From NCBI RefSeq assembly GCF_044704955.1, contig NC_091999.1:40672001-40736000 (forward strand): a DNA stretch of 64,000 nucleotides, given 5' to 3'. The stretch is from Pristiophorus japonicus (lineage: Eukaryota). The notes under the pieces were generated by a model. It ran no database searches, was not told the origin of the DNA, and saw only the letters and a list, made by a program, of their open reading frames with translations. Both the position numbers and the translations under genes were made by a program. This document shows, one piece after another, positions 61,350-64,000 of this stretch. Each line of letters opens with the position of its first letter. Position 1 is the stretch's first letter.

Positions 61350-61925
61350 TTTAGTTATGCTCAACCTTTATAAAACACTGGTTAGGCCTCAGCTGACACA
61401 TTGTGTTCAATTCTGGGCACCACACTTTCAGAAGGGTATTTACACCTTAGAGAGGGACCAGAAAAGATTAACGAGAATGGTACGAAGGAGGAGGGACTTC
61501 AGTTATGTGGAGATACTGTAGAAGCTGCGGTAATTCTCTTTGCAGCAGAAAAGGTTAAGAGGAGATTTGATAGAGTGTTCAAAATCATGAACGGTGTTGA
61601 TAAACTAAATAAGGAGAAACACTTTCCAGTGGCAGAAGGGTCGGTAACCAGAGGACACAAAGTTCAGGTGATTGGCAAAAGAAGCAGAGGCGACATGAGG
61701 AACCATTGTATAAGCAGCGAGTTGTTGCAATCTGGAATGCACTGCCTGATAGGGCGGTGGAAGCAGATTCAATAGTGGCTTTCAAAAGTGAACTGGATAA
61801 ATACTAAAGGGACAATATTTGAAGAGCTATGGGGAAAGAGCAGGGGAGTGGAACTAAATGGATAGCTCTACCATAGAGCCAGCACAGGCACGATGGGCCG
61901 AATGGCCTCCTGCGCTTTCATTCTA
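61350..61925 (+). mobile_element. Old CR1 3' fragment
   Basis: LYKTLVRPQL..CVQFWAP and VFKIMNG.D motifs. Confidence 0.85.
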
Positions 61926-61974
61926 TGAAAATGGCGGATGATCTTATCCAGAATGCTGTGACCACATATCCCCA

Positions 61975-62435
61975 GAAAACCAAGACCGCCTATTTCCACC
62001 TGTGTAATATCGGCCGTCTCCACCCCAGCCTCAGATCACCCTCTTCGTCCATTCCTCGGTTACATCTAGACTTTACTATTCCAACACACTCCTGGCTGGC
62101 TTCCCACATTCTACCACGCGTAATCTTAACCTCATCCAAAACTCGGCTGCCCGTGTCCTAACTCGCACCAAGTCTCGTTCACCCATCACCTCCTGTGCTC
62201 GCTGACCTACCTTGGCTCACGGTTGAGCTCATCCTTGTTCACAAATACCTCCATGGCCTCGCCACACCCTTTCTCTGTAATCTCCTTCAGCTCCACAACC
62301 CCCGAGATGTCTGTGCTCCTCTCATTCTGCCCTCCTGAGCATCCCTGATTATAATCGCTCAACCTTTGGTGGCCTCGTCTTCTGTTGCCGAGACCCCAAG
62401 CTCTGGAACACCCTCCCGAAACCTCTGTGCCTCCT
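61975..62435 (+). mobile_element. L2-clade LINE 3' remnant (related pieces at about 54757-55000 and 60500-60590 on the minus strand)
   Basis: KTAYFHLCNIGRLHPSL; ..tcacccatcac..ctgtgctcgctgacctac resembles the L2 ORF2 end. Confidence 0.7.
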
Positions 62436-63938
62436 CCCTGAAAGCAGTGACTCTGGCTTTGTTCAGTTCTACACTCTCTGGTTCCCCTCCCCTGAAGGTA
62501 CTGACTCTGGCTGGGTTCAGTTCTACACTCACTGCTTCCCCTCCCCTGAAGGTACTGACTCTGGCTGGGTTCAGTTCTACACTCACTGGTTCCCCTCCCC
62601 TGAAAGCACTGACTCTGGCTTTGTTCAGTTCTACACTCACTGGTTCCCCTCCCCTGAAGGTACTGACTCTGGCTGGGTTCAGTTCTACAATCAGTGGTTC
62701 CCCTTCCCTGAAGGTACTGACTCTGGCTGGGTTCAGTTCTACACACACTGGTTCCCCTTCCCTGAAGGTACTGACTCTGGCTGGGTTCAGTTCTACACAC
62801 ACTGGTTCCCCTTCCCTGAAGGTACTGACTCTGGCTGGGTTCAGTTCGACACTCACCGGTTTCTCTCCAATATATGACCCTTGTGCCCAAACTCCATGTA
62901 TGAACCTCGACAGTGAGTGTCGACTGGCTAGAATGAGCCATTAATCCCTACACTCTGTTTTCTGTCAGTTAGCCAATCCTCCATTCATTCGAATATATTA
63001 CCCCCAACATCGTGAAATGTTATACCCTCCCTGTTCCCGCCCTTAAAAGGTACTGACTCTGGCTGGGTTAATTTCTACACTCACTGGTTCCCCCCCTTAA
63101 AGGGACTGACTCTGGCTGGGTTCAGTTCTGCACTCACTGGTTCCCCTCCCCTGAAGGTACTGACTCTGGCTGGGTTCAGTTCTACACTCACTGGCTCCCC
63201 TTCCCTGAAGGTACTGACTCTGGCTGGGTTCAGTTCGACACTCACCAGTTTCTCTCCAATATGTGACCCATGTGCCCAAACTTCATGTATGAACCTCGAC
63301 AGTGAGTGTCGACTGGCTAGAATGAGCCATTTATCCCTACACTCTGTTTTCTGTCAGTTAGCCAATCCTCCATCCATTCGAATATATTACCTCCAACCCC
63401 GTGAAATGTTATCCCCTCCCTGTTCCCCCCCTTAAAGGTACTGACTCTGGCTGGGTTCAGTTCTGCACTCGCTGGTTCCCCACCCCTGAAGGTACTGACT
63501 CTGGCTGGGTTCAGTTCTGCACTCACTGGTTCCCCTCCCCTGAAGTTACTGACTCTGGTTCGGTTCAGTTCTACACTGACTGGTTCCCCTCCGCTGAAGG
63601 TACTGACTCTGGCTGGGTTCAGTTCTACACTCGCTGGTTCCCCCTCCCCTGAAGGTACTGACTCTGGCTTTGTTCAGTTCTACACTCACTGGTTCCCCTC
63701 CCCTGAAGGTACTGACTCTGGATGGGTTCAGTTCTACACTCGCTGGTTCCCCTCCCCTGAAGGTACTGACTCTGGCTGGGTTCAGTTCTACACTCACTGG
63801 TTCCCCTCCCCTGAAGGTACTGACTCTGGCTGGGTTCAGTTCTACACTCACTGGTTCCCCTCCCCTGAAGGTACTGACTCTGGCTGGGTTCAGTTCTACA
63901 CTCACTGGTTCCCCTCCACTGAAGGTACTGACTCTGGA
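62436..63938. repeat. 54-bp minisatellite with an approx. 390-bp higher-order duplication
   Basis: Unit ctgaaggtactgactctggctgggttcagttctacactcactggttcccctccc; an approx. 190-bp non-repeat block with a CR1 piece occurs twice (about 62860-63045 and 63250-63435). Confidence 0.95.
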
Positions 63939-64000
63939 TGTCTGTGCTCCCGTCACCTCTTTATACAATCTGACCCTCCCTATATATCTGTAATATCTCC

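Noticed and set aside
55069-63993. Repetitive ORFs (EMESGQGASVKEG, RCGENVPRFI, RTEPSQSQYLQG)
   Set aside because: Stop-free frames of the 39-, approx. 40- and 54-bp minisatellites, with no splice or domain support.

Overview
Vertebrate (eukaryotic) DNA, almost certainly from a cartilaginous fish (shark), and very repeat-rich. From left to right it contains: (1) a decayed IgM heavy-chain constant region on the minus strand (Cmu1 wrecked; Cmu2 and part of Cmu3 recognisable; no V/D/J found upstream); (2) a tandem tRNA array at about 3.7-21.9 kb built from a Leu(TAA)-Asp(GTC)-Ser(AGA) unit, with 16 mostly decayed tRNA copies, a co-amplified DeuSINE and CR1 fragment, and later CR1 insertions; (3) two different degraded endogenous retroviruses on the minus strand (24.2-28.05 kb and 37.4-44.4+ kb); the second has an RT-tether-RNaseH-IN pol, and both have an Env that looks like a paramyxovirus/pneumovirus F protein, which suggests lokiretrovirus-like elements; (4) an intact two-exon GPR139-like class A GPCR gene between the two retroviruses; (5) a C2H2 zinc-finger pseudo-exon with a candidate CCAAT/GC-box promoter; (6) many CR1 and L2 LINE fragments and several minisatellites. 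All calls come from manual translation and pattern recognition; no database searches were run.
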